From Carcharhinus longimanus (taxonomy: Eukaryota), in the NCBI GenBank assembly GCA_030264375.1, contig JASCQW010000105.1:46828594-46892593 (forward strand): 64,000 nucleotides of DNA, given 5' to 3'. The position numbers were made by a program, and so were the translations under genes. The notes under the pieces were generated by a model that searched no databases, was not told the DNA's origin, and saw only the letters and a list, made by a program, of their open reading frames with translations. Shown here piece after piece: positions 1-12,267 of the stretch. The first letter of the stretch is position 1. Every line of letters begins with the position of its first letter.

Positions 1-400
1 GTCTACCAAAATGCATCACCTCGCATTTATCTAAATGAAACTCCATCTGCCAGTCGTCAGCCCACTGACCCAATTGATCAAAATTCAGTTGCAATCGGAA
101 ACAACTTTCTTCACCATCCACTATGTCACCAATCTTGGAGTCATCTGCAAATTTACTAACCATGCGTCCTATATTCTCATCCAAAACATTAATATAAATG
201 ACAAATAACAGTGGACCCAACACTGATCCCTGTGGCACACCTCTGGTCACAGGCCTCCAGTTTGAAAAACAGCCTTCTACAACCATCCTCTGGCTTCTGT
301 CAAGAGACCGATTTTGTATCCATTTGGATACCTCACCCTGGATCCCATGAGATTTAACCTTATGCAACAACATACCATGCAGTACCTTGTCAAAGGCCTT
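1..400 (-). mobile_element. CR1-clade LINE, reverse transcriptase fragment
   Basis: Minus strand reads ..GVPQGSVLGPLLFVIYINVLDENIGRMVSKFADDSKIG.., the CR1 RT core; truncated by the window edge. Confidence 0.9.
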
Positions 401-635
401 TGTGCAGGAACAGGTCAGAATCCAGAGATAACTTCTTTTGTGGTTCTACCTTTTAATCTGGACATCAATTTCTCAAAGTCAGTTAGCAGAATAGAGCTAC
501 TTATCACATGCTGGCTTTGAGAAGTAGTGGCAAACAAAAAGAAATGCAGAAAAATGCACTGGGACTCCAGATTCTACACCATTTGCATTTTGTGTGCAAG
601 AAACAGTGGAAATCCCAAAATACTGGTCAGGTGGT

Positions 636-902
636 TGTGATAACTCATGATTTGCATAGGGAATCACTAATTGGCCTTCCTGTTGAACTTGTTGAGTATA
701 AGATTCTCAAGGACTGGTCATTACCCCACCAGTTGGAGCTTATATACCAAGCCCTATATAAAGCAAGACCCTGAGAGGGTCCATGAACCTTTTAGTCCTT
801 GATGTGCCCTGTTGTATTCACCACAGGCTTGTGGTTGTTGTTTATTTTAATCTGTGCATTAAAAGCATAGTTCCTTCACAGCCGACTCTTGGAGTTATTA
901 TA
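636..902 (+). mobile_element. Solo LTR (Gypsy-like) with 5-bp target-site duplication
   Basis: Starts TGTGATAACTC and ends GAGTTATTATA (imperfect terminal inverted repeat). Flanked by GTGGT at 631-635 and 903-907. Internal TATATAAA (~755) and ATTAAA (~858). Confidence 0.8.
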
Positions 903-1139
903 GTGGTATAAAGACTTCATCATTGGAATCTTCTGAGTTTCCCCTATTAAATCCTCTTAAGTTTCCTCCTCTAGATCACTATTGCCATTATGTTTGCTAT
1001 AAATATGTTTCTATTCTGTTTCCCAAAGTTCATTAACTTGATGCATGCAATTAATATCAACCATAAACTGCCAGTGTTAGTTTTCATGTGTTTAATTACT
1101 TGCCATTCAACATAGTTAACTGGTGTTGTAGAATTCCTC

Positions 1140-1560
1140 TCCCTACTGTTCTGTTGTCCTTGATTAGGCCTTACTGGTACACCTTTTGTGTATTATGACT
1201 TCATAGGATCTTTATTCTGAACAAATTATTATCTTCACAGCTGGTTACCACATGCTTTCTGTGAAATCTTGAATGTAAACCTGCTCCAATTTTAAACTTG
1301 GCAATTCTATACTTGAATTTTTATCATGCACATGAGCTCTTGCAGTTTTAAAAGTTGTTGTCTAGTTTCTGAAAGAGCGGAATGGGTAATTTTAATGCAC
1401 TGGTCTGCCAAACCTGAACTCTGCTTGTGATGAAATAGTTCCACTTAAAAGGAATCACTCTCAGGTTTAACATTGCATGAGTAGATCTGATTTCGTCCAT
1501 CTACATTTGAGAATGTGATGATACTGTGCCTCTAATTCCTAGTGCAGCAATACAATAGGC
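1140..1560 (-). mobile_element. Gypsy integrase C-terminal remnant
   Basis: Frameshifted minus-strand reading includes SSQAEFRFGRP, HDKNSSIELPSLKLEQVYIQDFTESMW and RSYEV, matching the vertebrate Gypsy integrase C-terminus. Confidence 0.7.
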
Positions 1561-1579
1561 ATCATGTTTAATTTTAATA

Positions 1580-2299
1580 TGTATTAATGCAGTGTTCTGG
1601 GGTTTTATGATCCTTTGGGAATCGCTGAATGGAGCTTTATTTGAGATTGATAGTTTGTGTCATGTGGTTACGGATAGCTTTGTTTCAGAGAAAAATCCAG
1701 ATTTTAGTTTCATTTTCAGATGCTGTTTGGACTTGAGACAAAAAGCAGTGTATCTTGTTTTCTCTTCTCTGGAGTTGGAGATTCTGCTTTCTGTGAGTTG
1801 CTGTTCGAAGCTGGTGTAAGAAGGCAGTCTCTCTCTCTCTCGCTTCCTCTCTCTCTCTTTCTCTCTCCAGTGGCTTCCAAACCTGGGAGGTCTCAGAGAT
1901 TTGATTCAACATTCAAAGGATCAATTCACAGCAGTTGTAGAAAAAAGCTGAGAATCAGCATCACATGAGGGTACTAGCTTTTTGTGCCAACTCTAGTGAA
2001 GGATATATGTCTCTGGGATGGCGATTAACTTAGAATAACATAGATAGCCAGCTGTTAAGATTTATACTATGTGGTGTATAATTTTTGAAATTGGTAAAGG
2101 TTATGCTTAATCTTTTTTATTATATTTTAACAGTGTTCTTAAGTAAACTTTGTTTGATAAAACCTTCCTAGTTGGTCACTTGAATCATACCTGGATTGAT
2201 ACACCTTACTCTCACCTGTCCAAATTCAAATGTAAAAAATTAGAGTGGAGGCTATCTTCATTTAAAAAAGCCTGTGAGTACCTGGCCATGATCTTAACA
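1580..2299 (+). mobile_element. LTR-like insertion splitting the Gypsy integrase
   Basis: Non-coding block between two collinear integrase pieces, with a (CT)n tract at ~1827-1866, ending ..ATCTTAACA. The 5' boundary and TSD are unresolved. Confidence 0.55.
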
Positions 2300-2880
2300 G
2301 GAATAAGTGAATCACTCATTCAGCTCAGCAATTAGTTCTGCAATGATGAGGAAAAAAAGCAGCATGATCAACATTCCACTTCTCTCTCACATTCTGAAAT
2401 GGATTACCAATAGTTTATTGACCATTATTATTAATGATCTCTCTAGTCACAAAAAATAATCAAGTGTGTATGATCATAGTGCTTGATGGATTGTAAAATT
2501 GTCAAATAATGGGGTACTTGATAAAGCAGTTGGCAGTGACAGTGACGTCATGCCATAGACATGAACGATGTCAAATGTGATTTTGCATGAAGGACGCGTA
2601 GGGTCTTCATGCAGAATCAGTGGTGCTTTGTGCTGACTTGGCAAATGCCCTTGATATGCCTTGCACTTCTCGACAACAACTTCAGTGTCATTGTTCATAC
2701 CCAACCAATATTTTTCTCTCTTGTGAATCTTCTAATCTAAACATACGTGCGAGTGATGAATTTATTGACGAATATCAGATCACAAACCCCAGCATTTTCT
2801 GAATATCCTCCATTTACACAAATCCCAACATATATCAGCACTGAAATAAATAGAATTGATCTGCTGGATATTAATGTTGC
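2300..2880 (-). mobile_element. Gypsy integrase zinc-binding and core remnant
   Basis: ORF 2474-2704(-) GMNNDTEVVVEKCKAYQGHLPSQHKAPLILHEDPTRPSCKITFDI resembles WPGMxxDIExxVxxCxxCQ..HExPxRPW; followed by EIINNNGQ (the EIISDNGPQ motif). Confidence 0.8.
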
Positions 2881-2894
2881 ATTTTTAATAATAT

Positions 2895-3240
2895 TTTAAG
2901 GGATGCAGGAGTCAGTAGCTGGGGTAACATTTATTGCTTATCATTAATTGCCCTTGAACTGAATGGCTTGCTGTACCATTTCAGAGGACAATTAAGAGTC
3001 TGATCTGGAATCACATGTAGGTTAGATCAGGACAGCAGATTTCCTTTCCGTAAGGGACGTTTGTGAACTGAACAGATTTTTATTTTTTATAACAATGGTC
3101 TATTGATTTCATGGTTATCATTAGACCTCCAGCTTTTCATGGGTCCAAATTTTTAGCATTTGCCATGGGTCTCAGAACATTAGACTAGTGATCCAAAGAT
3201 CAGAGGTAATAACAAAACCAATATGTCACCATTTCCCACT
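2895..3240 (-). mobile_element. Shark SINE with a tail shared with a CR1-like LINE
   Basis: Contains ATTTATTGC..TAATTGCCCTTGAACTG..GCAGATTTCCTTTCC. The same tail ends the LINEs at ~23500-23590 and 34940-35000, and the same body recurs at 36630-36840. Confidence 0.7.
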
Positions 3241-4110
3241 TTCAAATAGTTAAATAACAGTCCTTCATTACGTGTTGCTTGCATCAACAAATGCAAGTTA
3301 TGGTCATTTCTTGTTTCATTTGTCCCATAGCAGCTATATCATCTATGATACCAATTTGCCTGGCACCATGCATGTAAACACAATAAGAAGTCTCACAACA
3401 CCAGCTTAACCTGGCATTGTGAGATTTCTAACTGTGTTTACCTCAGTCCAAGGCCGGCATCTCCAGAACAGTGCATGTAAGACAGTCTATGTGAGTTTGA
3501 AGACATCCTGGCTAACAGATTGTCTGAAAGGAAGTCAGTGAAAAATATGTTTTCTGAATAGCCTATGAAAAAGCTTTGGGACCTTGTCTGCAAGAGGTAC
3601 TGACCAATAACCATGTTTAGCATTGAATGCAATGAAGAATTTTGGATCAGTAGATCTCAGGTTTAACTTTTCTAGTGTGTGTGTTTTATAAGAAGAAAAT
3701 TTCAAAGCTGTGTTTGTTCGTGGATCCAGTCAAATTCTCAATGAACTGTCCTTCTTTATGGCACATGTGATTGAGCTGCATCAATCTGGGCACTTGCATG
3801 CTCTTCCACTGCTTCCATTTTTTTCCATGTTGCCTATTTCAATCTTCAGTTTGTCTTGTATATGGATGCTGCATGTATATGGTAGATCAGTTGATAGACT
3901 TGCATTTTCTTGCAAATATAAGGTTGCAGTTCTCTTGAAACTATCAATTTTGCCAGAGATTTTGAGAGATTTTGCTGTTGTGTAATAACTAGTAGTAACA
4001 GGAGTCATTTCTGATTTTGATCTAAATTACGGTGCCTGACTGATTCCCTGTATTGTTAATAATTAGAGACCATAACTTTCTGATATAAGACCTGCAATCA
4101 CTAGGTCTTT
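3240..4110 (-). mobile_element. Gypsy reverse transcriptase remnant
   Basis: Minus strand HIQDKLKIEIGNMEK..PD*CSSITCAIKKDSSLRI*LDPR (the PTDWCSS..KKDGSLRICLDPR motif) and AKHGYWSVPL. Interrupted by a short hairpin insert at ~3384-3465. Confidence 0.8.
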
Positions 4111-4119
4111 AATTTCAAG

Positions 4120-5350
4120 AAACAAAAAAGGAGAAAAATACAGCACATGAACAGGCCCTTTGGCCCATAAGACTGTGCTGTAATGTGTTTCTATCGCTCT
4201 GTTCATCATCCGTTCATGTGTCTATCAAGATACACCTTGAATGTTGCTTACATGCCTGCTTCCACTTGCTCCACTGAAGTGCATTCCAGGCATTACAACC
4301 CTCTGTGGAAAAACCTTTCCCTGCACGCTTGCCCAAAATCACTCACATTAAACCGTGTTCTTTTGTAGTTGCCCCTTCCACCCTGGGAAAACCCTCTGAT
4401 TATCCACCCTGTCTATGCCTCTCATAATTTTGTGTACTTCTATCAGGTCACCCCAAAGCCTTTGTCTTTCCATTGAAACAATCCAAGTTTATCGAATCTC
4501 TTCTCATACCTAAAACCCTCCAGACCAAGTAACATCCTAGTAAACCTTCTCTGCACCCTCTCCAAAGCATTCATATCTTTCTGGTAGTGTGGCAACCAGA
4601 ACTGCATGCAATATTCCAGATGCTAAACTAAAGTTTTATACAGCTATAACATAACTTGCCAACTCTTATACTTAATGCCCTGCTCAATGAAAGCAAGCAT
4701 ACTGTATGTCTTCCTGGCCACCTTTTCCACCTATATTGCCACTTTCAGGGAGCCGTGGACCTATATAGTTCAATCATTTACTGTACAATTTGCATTTGAA
4801 TTTGATCTTCCAAAATGCATAACCTTGCATTTGTCTAGATTAAGCTCCATCTGCCATTTCTCTACCCAATTCTGCAATCAACTTATCCTGCTGTATCTTT
4901 TGACAATCTTTGCTACCATCTGCAACTCCTCCAATTTTTGTGTCCTCCGCCAGTTTACAACCACATACGTTTTTCTCTAGATTATTTATGTACATTACAA
5001 ACAACAAAGGTCCAAGCATTGATCCCTATGGATCAACACTTGTTACTGATCTCCATTTGGAAAAGTCGCCTTCCACTATTGCTCTCTGTCTTCTATGACC
5101 AAACTAGTTCTGTATCCATGTAACTAGCACATCCTGGATCCCACGAGACTTTACTTTTTGTACAAGTCTGCCATGAGGGACATTGTCAAATGTCTTCCTA
5201 AAAATCCATGTGGACAACATCTACTGTCTTTTCCTCATCAATCATTCTTGTCATATCCTCAAAAAAGATCAAGTTGGTGAGACATGAATTTCCTTGCACA
5301 AAACCATGCTACCCATCACTGACAAGTTCATTCACTTCCAAATATGAATA
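4120..5350 (-). mobile_element. CR1/HER1-like LINE 3' portion
   Basis: RT motifs and the CR1 C-terminal region on the minus strand; 3' tail at ~4120-4180 resembles the HE1 SINE tail. Confidence 0.9.
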
Positions 5351-5359
5351 AGCCAATAA

Positions 5360-6070
5360 TTAAATTTCCATGGTGTAGATCATCCATGACACCCATCCAT
5401 GATGGCTGATCTGTGACATCCAGGACTATGGATCTGCACAGACTTAGTGAACCTTCAAATTGTACAGTAATAGGTTTTGACAAGGCCTTTCAAATTTTGT
5501 GAATACATGTCTTNNNNNNNNNNNNNNNNNNNNNNNNNNNNNNNNNNNNNNNNNNNNNNNNNNNNNNNNNNNNNNNNNNNNNNNNNNNNNNNNNNNNNNN
5601 NNNNNNNNNNNNNATTTGTGATAAAGGTTTCAAACAAATAGATATAGTTGCTTCAGCATCTGTCAATGTTACCCAAAGAAACATCAAGATGACTCAGAGA
5701 TATTCCATATTCCTCACATTCAAATGCCTTTCCAGCCTGGGGATAATTTGACAATAGTTCAATGATTCTCTTCCTCAAGTCGAGGAACTTCCATGATTTA
5801 CATCAACTGTCCAATCTGCACACCCATGGAAGAGGCCCTTGGGACAGGTACGAAATCAGTGGGTAGGGGTTAGGCAAACCATTCTTTTCTGTGTGACACA
5901 CAAATACATATTCATTAACTCTGCTTTGTATTTCTGCTGATATGCTACTGATTTTCAAGACAGCAAATGTTCCAGATGCAAGAAAAGGTCTCCACAGACT
6001 CGGCGAAGCTTTGGTCTCCCTAGAGGGAGGACGTATCTGTCCCATAGCAATTGCAACCAAGGTTCATCAC
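5360..6070 (-). mobile_element. Probable Gypsy gag/protease remnant of the same element (spans an N-gap)
   Basis: Minus strand CKSWKFLDLRKRIIELL resembles the Gypsy gag CxFxDxEERIIELL motif; collinear and co-oriented upstream of the RT. Confidence 0.5.
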
Positions 6071-6074
6071 ACTG

Positions 6075-6400
6075 ATTCCTGGGATAAGGGAATTTTCCTA
6101 CAAGGAGAGATTGAACAGACTGGGTCTGTATCTTTTGAAGTTTTGAAGACGGAGAGGTCTTTCTTCAGAATTCTGAAGGGACCTGACTGGAGAGATGTGG
6201 GCTGGGGCATCAGGAACACAGGGGCAAAGTCTCAGATTACAGACCACCTGGAACTGAGATAATGAGAAAGTTCTTCACTCAGAAGGTTGTGAAACTTTGG
6301 GATTCTCCCCCTCAGAAGGCTGTGGGTGCTCACTGAGTATGATTCAAGGCAAAGAATTTTAGATACAAAGGGGATTGAGGGATATGGGGACAGTACGGTG
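6075..6400 (+). mobile_element. CR1 LINE 3' fragment
   Basis: Typical CR1 C-terminal sequence ..TTCTTCACTCAGAAGGTTGTG.. (FFTQKVV). Confidence 0.8.
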
Positions 6401-6433
6401 CAAATCACGTGTTACACACAAGGTTAGCAAACA

Positions 6434-6740
6434 AGGGTGGCACAGTGGGTTAGCACTGCTGCTTCACAACTCCAGGGACCCGGGTTCGATTCCTGGCTTG
6501 GGTCACTGTCTATGAGGAGTTTGTACATTCTCCCCGTGCCTGCATGGGTTTCCTCCGGGTGCTCCGGTTTCCTCCCACAGTCTGAAAGACATACTGGTTA
6601 GCTGCTTTGGCCATATTAAATTGTGTCCCAGGATGTGTAGGTCAGAGGGATTAATGGGGTAAATGTGTGGGATTACAGGGATAGGGCCTGGGTGGGATTA
6701 TTGTGGATGGCCCTGCACTGTAGGGTTTCTAGGTTTCTAA
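6434..6740 (+). mobile_element. HE1-type V-SINE
   Basis: tRNA-derived head (A box TGGCACAGTGG, B box GGTTCGATTCC), V-domain GGGTTTCCTCCGGGTGCTCCGGTTTCCTCCCAC and a CR1-type tail. Confidence 0.92.
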
Positions 6741-6769
6741 GTCTGGAAGTTTGAACTCATCCTATAGAA

Positions 6770-7320
6770 GTTGAAATAGCCAAACAGAATTTAAGTATTA
6801 AAAGCTGACAGTTTTGCTGTGGCAAACGCAGTGTAGGGAAAGTACAGCAGAATAAAATCATCTGGGTTTCAGTAATGTGGGAGATTTACCAGAGCATTCT
6901 TATAGATACTGACCCAGCGACACTCCCCAGATACAAAACTCAGCAACATTACAGATTAAAACTCAGAACCTAAATCAAAAAACAGCCAAAGAAAAGTTCG
7001 TCCTTTCCTTCTCCTTCACACTGAGAGAAATTAGCCTTGGGGAAAAGAAATCCAGTTTGTAAGAACAAAAAGATTTTAACATACACATGGATTTCTTGTT
7101 GAATCTTTCATTTCCCTCAAAACAGGATCCAGGGTACTGAACATTCCCTTCATTAAAGAAAAGAAATAGCCATAAAGTGGAGATTGCAGCTTCACTTCAC
7201 ACAATAGAGTTGTTTGCAGCATTTTCAAATGATTCATTCTTCTTAAAATTCTGGTCAGATAGAAAAGGTGTTCCTTATATAAATACATGCCCTTCACTAT
7301 GACCAGAGTCCTGTCCAGTT
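6770..7320 (-). mobile_element. Possible LTR remnant
   Basis: Non-coding with LTR-like composition, upstream of the gag-like segment; no clean termini. Confidence 0.3.
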
Positions 7321-7334
7321 TCAGTGTTTATGTT

Positions 7335-8450
7335 TAAAGATAACAAGGACATCGATGTCAGACTCCTATTTACTGACTACAGCACAGCCTTCAACACCAT
7401 TATTTCCATGAAACTCATCTCCAATCTCTGTGGCCTGGGGCTCAGCTCCTCCCTCTGTGACTGGATCCTGAACTTCCTAAACCACAGACCACAATCAGTA
7501 AGGATAGGCATCAACACGCCCTCCACGATCATCCTCAACTCTGGTGCCCCATAAGGATGTGTCCTCAGCCCCTACTATAGTCTTTATACACCTATGACCG
7601 TGGGCAAATTCCCCTCCAGCTCGATTTTCAAATTTGTTAACGACACCACCATAGTGGGTCGGTCCTCAAACAATGATGAGACAGAAAATCTGGTGAACTG
7701 GTGCTACGACAATAATCTCTCCCTCAATGTCAACAAAATGAAGGAGATTTTCATTAACTTCAGGAAGCATTGAAGAGAACATGCCCCTGCCTACATCAAC
7801 AGGGATGAAGTAGAAAGGGTCTAGAGCTTCAAGGTTTTCGGTGTCTAGATCGCCAATAACCTGTCCTGGTCCCCCTATGTTGACCCTGTAGTTAAGAAAG
7901 CCCACCAACACCTCTATTTTCTCAGAAGACAAAGGAAATTTGGCATGTCAACTATAACTCTCACCAATTTACAGATGTGCCATAGAAAACATTTTTTCTG
8001 GTTGTATGGTATGGCTCCTGCTCTGCCCAAGACCGTAAGAAACTACAAAAAGTTAATGAATGTAGCCCAATCCATCACGCAAACCAGCCTCCCATCCCAC
8101 TCTGTCTATACCTCCCACTGCGTCGGTAAGACAGCCAGCATAATTAAAGACCCACATACTCTGGACACGGTCTCTTCCACCATCTTCCATCAGGAAAAAG
8201 ATACAAAAGTCTGAGGTCACATGCTAACCAACTCAATAACAGCTTCTTCCCTGCTGCCATCAGACTTTTGATTGGACCTATCTTGCATTAAGTTGATCTT
8301 TCTCTACACCCTAACTATGACTGTAACATTACATTCTGCACTCTCTCATTTCCTTCTCTATTAGCAGTATGCTTTGTCTGTGTAGTTTGCAAAAAACAAT
8401 ACTTTTCACTGTATGCTAACACACGTGACAATAATAAATCAAATCAAATC
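7335..8450 (+). mobile_element. Rex1/Babar LINE, 5'-truncated
   Basis: [56 protein letters not shown]; tail AATAAATCAAATCAAATC. Confidence 0.9.
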
Positions 8451-8520
8451 TCTGCATCACTTTCTTTGTCTACCTCCATCTCATTTCAACATAGCTAGAA
8501 ATCTTATACACATATACCAT

Positions 8521-8672
8521 GGTGGCACAGTAGTTAGTACTGTACATTCTTCCCGTGTCTGCACTCTCTTGTTTCCTTCTCTATGAACAGTATGCTTTGT
8601 CTGCAGAGCATGCAAGAAACAATACTTTTCACTGTATGCTAATACATGTGACTATAATAAATCAAATCAAAT
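8521..8672 (+). mobile_element. Chimeric SINE: internally deleted HE1 head plus Rex1 3' tail
   Basis: GGTGGCACAGTAGTTAGTACTG and ACATTCTTCCCGTGTCTGC joined to ~110 bp homologous to 8337-8450. Confidence 0.7.
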
Positions 8673-8759
8673 AAACGCGATTTGACATGAAACATGTTCC
8701 TCACCCTTCATCTCATCATGCACATCATTATCATGCACTGCTTTGTCAATCACCTCATG

Positions 8760-9330
8760 TATATGTTTTTGAGATGATATCAGAATGTCATTCTTGAAGG
8801 TACCCATTGTCTATAGTCTGTTTGGGTCTGTGCAGGGCTCATTTTAGCTTCATCAACCTTTGCTCTAGTACATTGGTCAATAGCCCTTTCTGCCACATGC
8901 CTCACAGAGTTAATGAAAAGCTGGCCATTTCCTGTGGATGCATTTTGAGTGATTTGGGTGACTTGGGTCCTGTAAGCAGATACTTACCAGCTCATGGATG
9001 CAATCGCCAACTCAACAATTCTGTCTACTGACTGTGTTTGAAAAATCACAGTATGTACAGTTTTCTCTGTGTTTGCAGATTGAATGGTTGATGGATTCTG
9101 TAGGCCATTGTCACAATGATATGAACTCTGTGATGAATATGAAATTTTAACTTGATTCCAAACCAGGTTTCCAATGTAATCCATATCTTTTGGGTTCATC
9201 TTCTATTAATCCTGACATGTTCAACCCGTGTTGACCTTCATTCTATATTGCTAAGCAAATTGCTTTGTAACAGCCATGAGGCACAACAGCTTTGCAGGTG
9301 AAAGTCAATGAAATTGTTCATTTGAATAGA
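8760..9330 (-). mobile_element. Second Gypsy integrase remnant
   Basis: Minus strand ..HCDNGLQNPSTIQSANTEKTVHTV.. resembles the SDNGPQ..PQSNGxAEKxVxTVK core. Confidence 0.55.
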
Positions 9331-10009
9331 TATACAGAGTAGGATAATGAATGCCACCTCAATCCTTGCCTCCCTAGATGCCAACTGAGGAGCTGCCTGC
9401 TCTCTGAGGATGTTAAATTTCTAATGAATGAATAAATAAATCTGGGATCCAGATATTGTAAGCAGAATGACCTTTTGTTTATCTTCTCCTATAATTTTAT
9501 TAGCAGCAAATAAATAGTGAAGTCTTTCAATTTATTCAACCTATTGTTCAGCCTCTGGGTGAAAACGATTGATTTTCTCAAAAATGGCATTTTTTTCTAA
9601 ATTTACTGTTGCTGAAGAGATATAAAAAAGACTTTGAAGGCAAGACCTCTTCCCTCTCCCCACTTCAGTTCCAGAAGCTGAGCCCCGATTTACTTCATCA
9701 CCAAAACCATGAGACATAACAACAATTTGGCGGGTGAAATTCAACACTTACTGTTTATTTGAATAAAACTGTATGCAGACGACGGACGACACCTTACTTG
9801 GCAACTTCTCAGGTGCCATCTGAGGAGCTGTACACTCTTGGACCTACTCTCAACTACCAATCCACATGCTCTGTTGCACAGCCACAGCTTTCTTATTTGA
9901 TGCAAATATGCCTTAATCAAGAAATCGTGGATGGAATTTTATGGTCCTCCCACTGGCAGGAGGTTTTGGTCCAGCCGAAGTCATTGGACTTTTGAATGTT
10001 TGCTGGACT

Positions 10010-10325
10010 GGGTGGCACAATGGCACAGTGGCTAGCACTGCTGCCTCACAGCGCCAGGGACCTTAGTTTGATTGGCTGTTTGGATCACTGTCTGTGTGGA
10101 GTTTGCACATTCTCTCTGTGCCTGTGGGGTTTCCTCCAGATGCTCTGATTTCCTCCCATAGTCCAAAGATCTGCAAGTCAGGTGGATTGGCCATACTAAA
10201 TTGCTCTGTAGTGTTAGGGTAAATGCTTGGGGTTAAGGGGATAGCGCTTGAGTGGGATTGTGGTTGGTGCAGACTTGATGGGCTGAATGGCCTCCTTCTG
10301 CACTGTAGGATTCTATGGATTCTAA
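10010..10325 (+). mobile_element. HE1-type V-SINE inside a MITE remnant (~9928-10370)
   Basis: Full head, V-domain and TTCTATGGATTCTA tail. Confidence 0.92.
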
Positions 10326-11184
10326 TTTTCTGACCCCAACGCGAATGTAGTAAGGCCCTAAATTCTGCTCATAGCTCTGTGCATTGTTTAGACATTTTGA
10401 ATTTGGCTAAGAAGACCAGCTGTTGAAGTGGAATTTTTTCCTGCTTCTTGACTGTGCATCCAAATTCAAACTGGGGAATTTTGTGGATATTCTGAAAATA
10501 TCACTTCGACCTTCCTTCCGCAGTACTCAGGACAAGAGTCTCTGTCGCAACTTTTGTGCTTTTAATGGTTCTACTGTCTTTAACCTCCATCAAGGTAAAC
10601 CTCCCCAGCTGAGCCTATAGTTAGCTTAAAACCTCAACTAAGAGAAACCTCAGACCATTAAATGAACTTTGTCAGGTGTACCAACTATAGACTAGGCACT
10701 GAAATGAAGTGTCCTCCATCCCAGGAGTTTTCAAACCAGCAAAATCATCTCAGTCGAATATATCTACAGGTATATTAGAGCAGAAAAGCTCTAAGTTTAG
10801 TCATATCAGCACTTAGAATTCCAACTGAAGAATTCCAGGATATGGTTATTTATAAGTGGGTTTGTGATAACGTAACTATGAGACCACAACTCTTGTATAG
10901 GTGCTTATGATTATTTATTATAAGAATCAATTATGGATTACATTATAGTAATGAAAACTATATAATTGAATAATTAGTTAATTAAAATAATTGAAACTAG
11001 TTATAACATGGCAATTCTACTTAAGATTACATGCAATTGTAAATCTACCTTAATAAACAAATTCAATATTCAAACAAATATTGATTGATTTAAAGAAGAT
11101 TCTACTTACAATCCAGTGTAATTTCTTACTAGTATGGAATGTCATTATCTCAACATTTTTAGGCTGAATTCTTTTCAGAACTCA

Positions 11185-12267
11185 AGGTGGAATTTTATGA
11201 CATTTTTTTCAAAATGTTGGGCAGGTGTGAAACTGGGAGAATTCCAGATCCCTTTTTTTGGGCAAGCTTTCAGGCCCAATCTTATGCGCTCAGTCTTTAA
11301 AATTTTGGACTCATCAGTTTCTGGCCAGAGAGGCTATGCGCGGGGCTTGACTCACCAGACAGCCTGTAGAGGAAGGTATTGCACACATGCTGCTGCACAT
11401 GCGCACTAGCAGTAACAGGGCTCTGACAGAAAANNNNNNNNNNGCTGCAATCATGGTGGCTGGTAGCCTGCGATGCAGCCCCCTCTAGCCCCCCCACTCC
11501 GCACAGCCCAGACTGATCGCAGACCCCTCTCTCACCCATCAATTGCGGCCCCACCACCTTCCCCCACAGATTTTTGCCCTGTACCCTCCCTCATCAATTG
11601 CATGCAGAGTGGAAGTATGCCCGCTCCCTGTACAAGCCACGCTCCTCTCTGTCCCCACTTCCAACAGACCCCAGTAGCCACTCCTATACACAGGCCCCCA
11701 CCACCCACAAATACCCCACCATAGCACTGCCCCTCACAGGCTCCACCCACTCACAGGCCCCACCCTCTGGCACTGTCCAGTGGGCATCATCCAGGTGCCC
11801 AGTGGACATTGCTCAGGTGCCAGGCTGGCATTGCCAAGGTGCCAGGGTGGCACTACCAACCTGACACTGCCCAAGGAGCACTCCTGCCTTGCACTTGGCT
11901 TCCCCAGGGGACCTCAATGGCCTCTGGTTCTACCAGCGAGGCTAACATGACTGTTTGACGTTCATGGCGAACAGGTCTTTTCCTCACCAGAGAGAACCCC
12001 TCCCAGAGAGGCCATAAAGGCAAGCACTTCCAGACAAATGAGCGCCAGGCTCGCTCATCAGATGCAAAGCATGATATAAATAAATTAGAATAAATTAACT
12101 AGTCTCTCGCCCATTTCCAGCAAGAGACTGACTGCGTCGGGAATCCAAGTGTCATAAAATCTCGCCGGTCGCAAAAACTGGCGCCATCCATGCTAGCTGT
12201 TTTATGCCTGATTTTGTGGCATTTTCCCTCTGCAGAACTGGCATAAAACAGTGGTGCAATTCCGCCC
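11185..12267. mobile_element. Non-autonomous DNA transposon (PIF/Harbinger-like)
   Basis: Termini AGGTGGAATT..AATTCCGCCC; C-rich core with GGCACTGCC/GTGCCAGG repeats; related to 52863-54027. Confidence 0.65.

Noticed and set aside
6434-6510. tRNA-like A/B boxes here and in other copies
   Set aside because: These are HE1 SINE heads, not tRNA genes; each continues into the V-domain.
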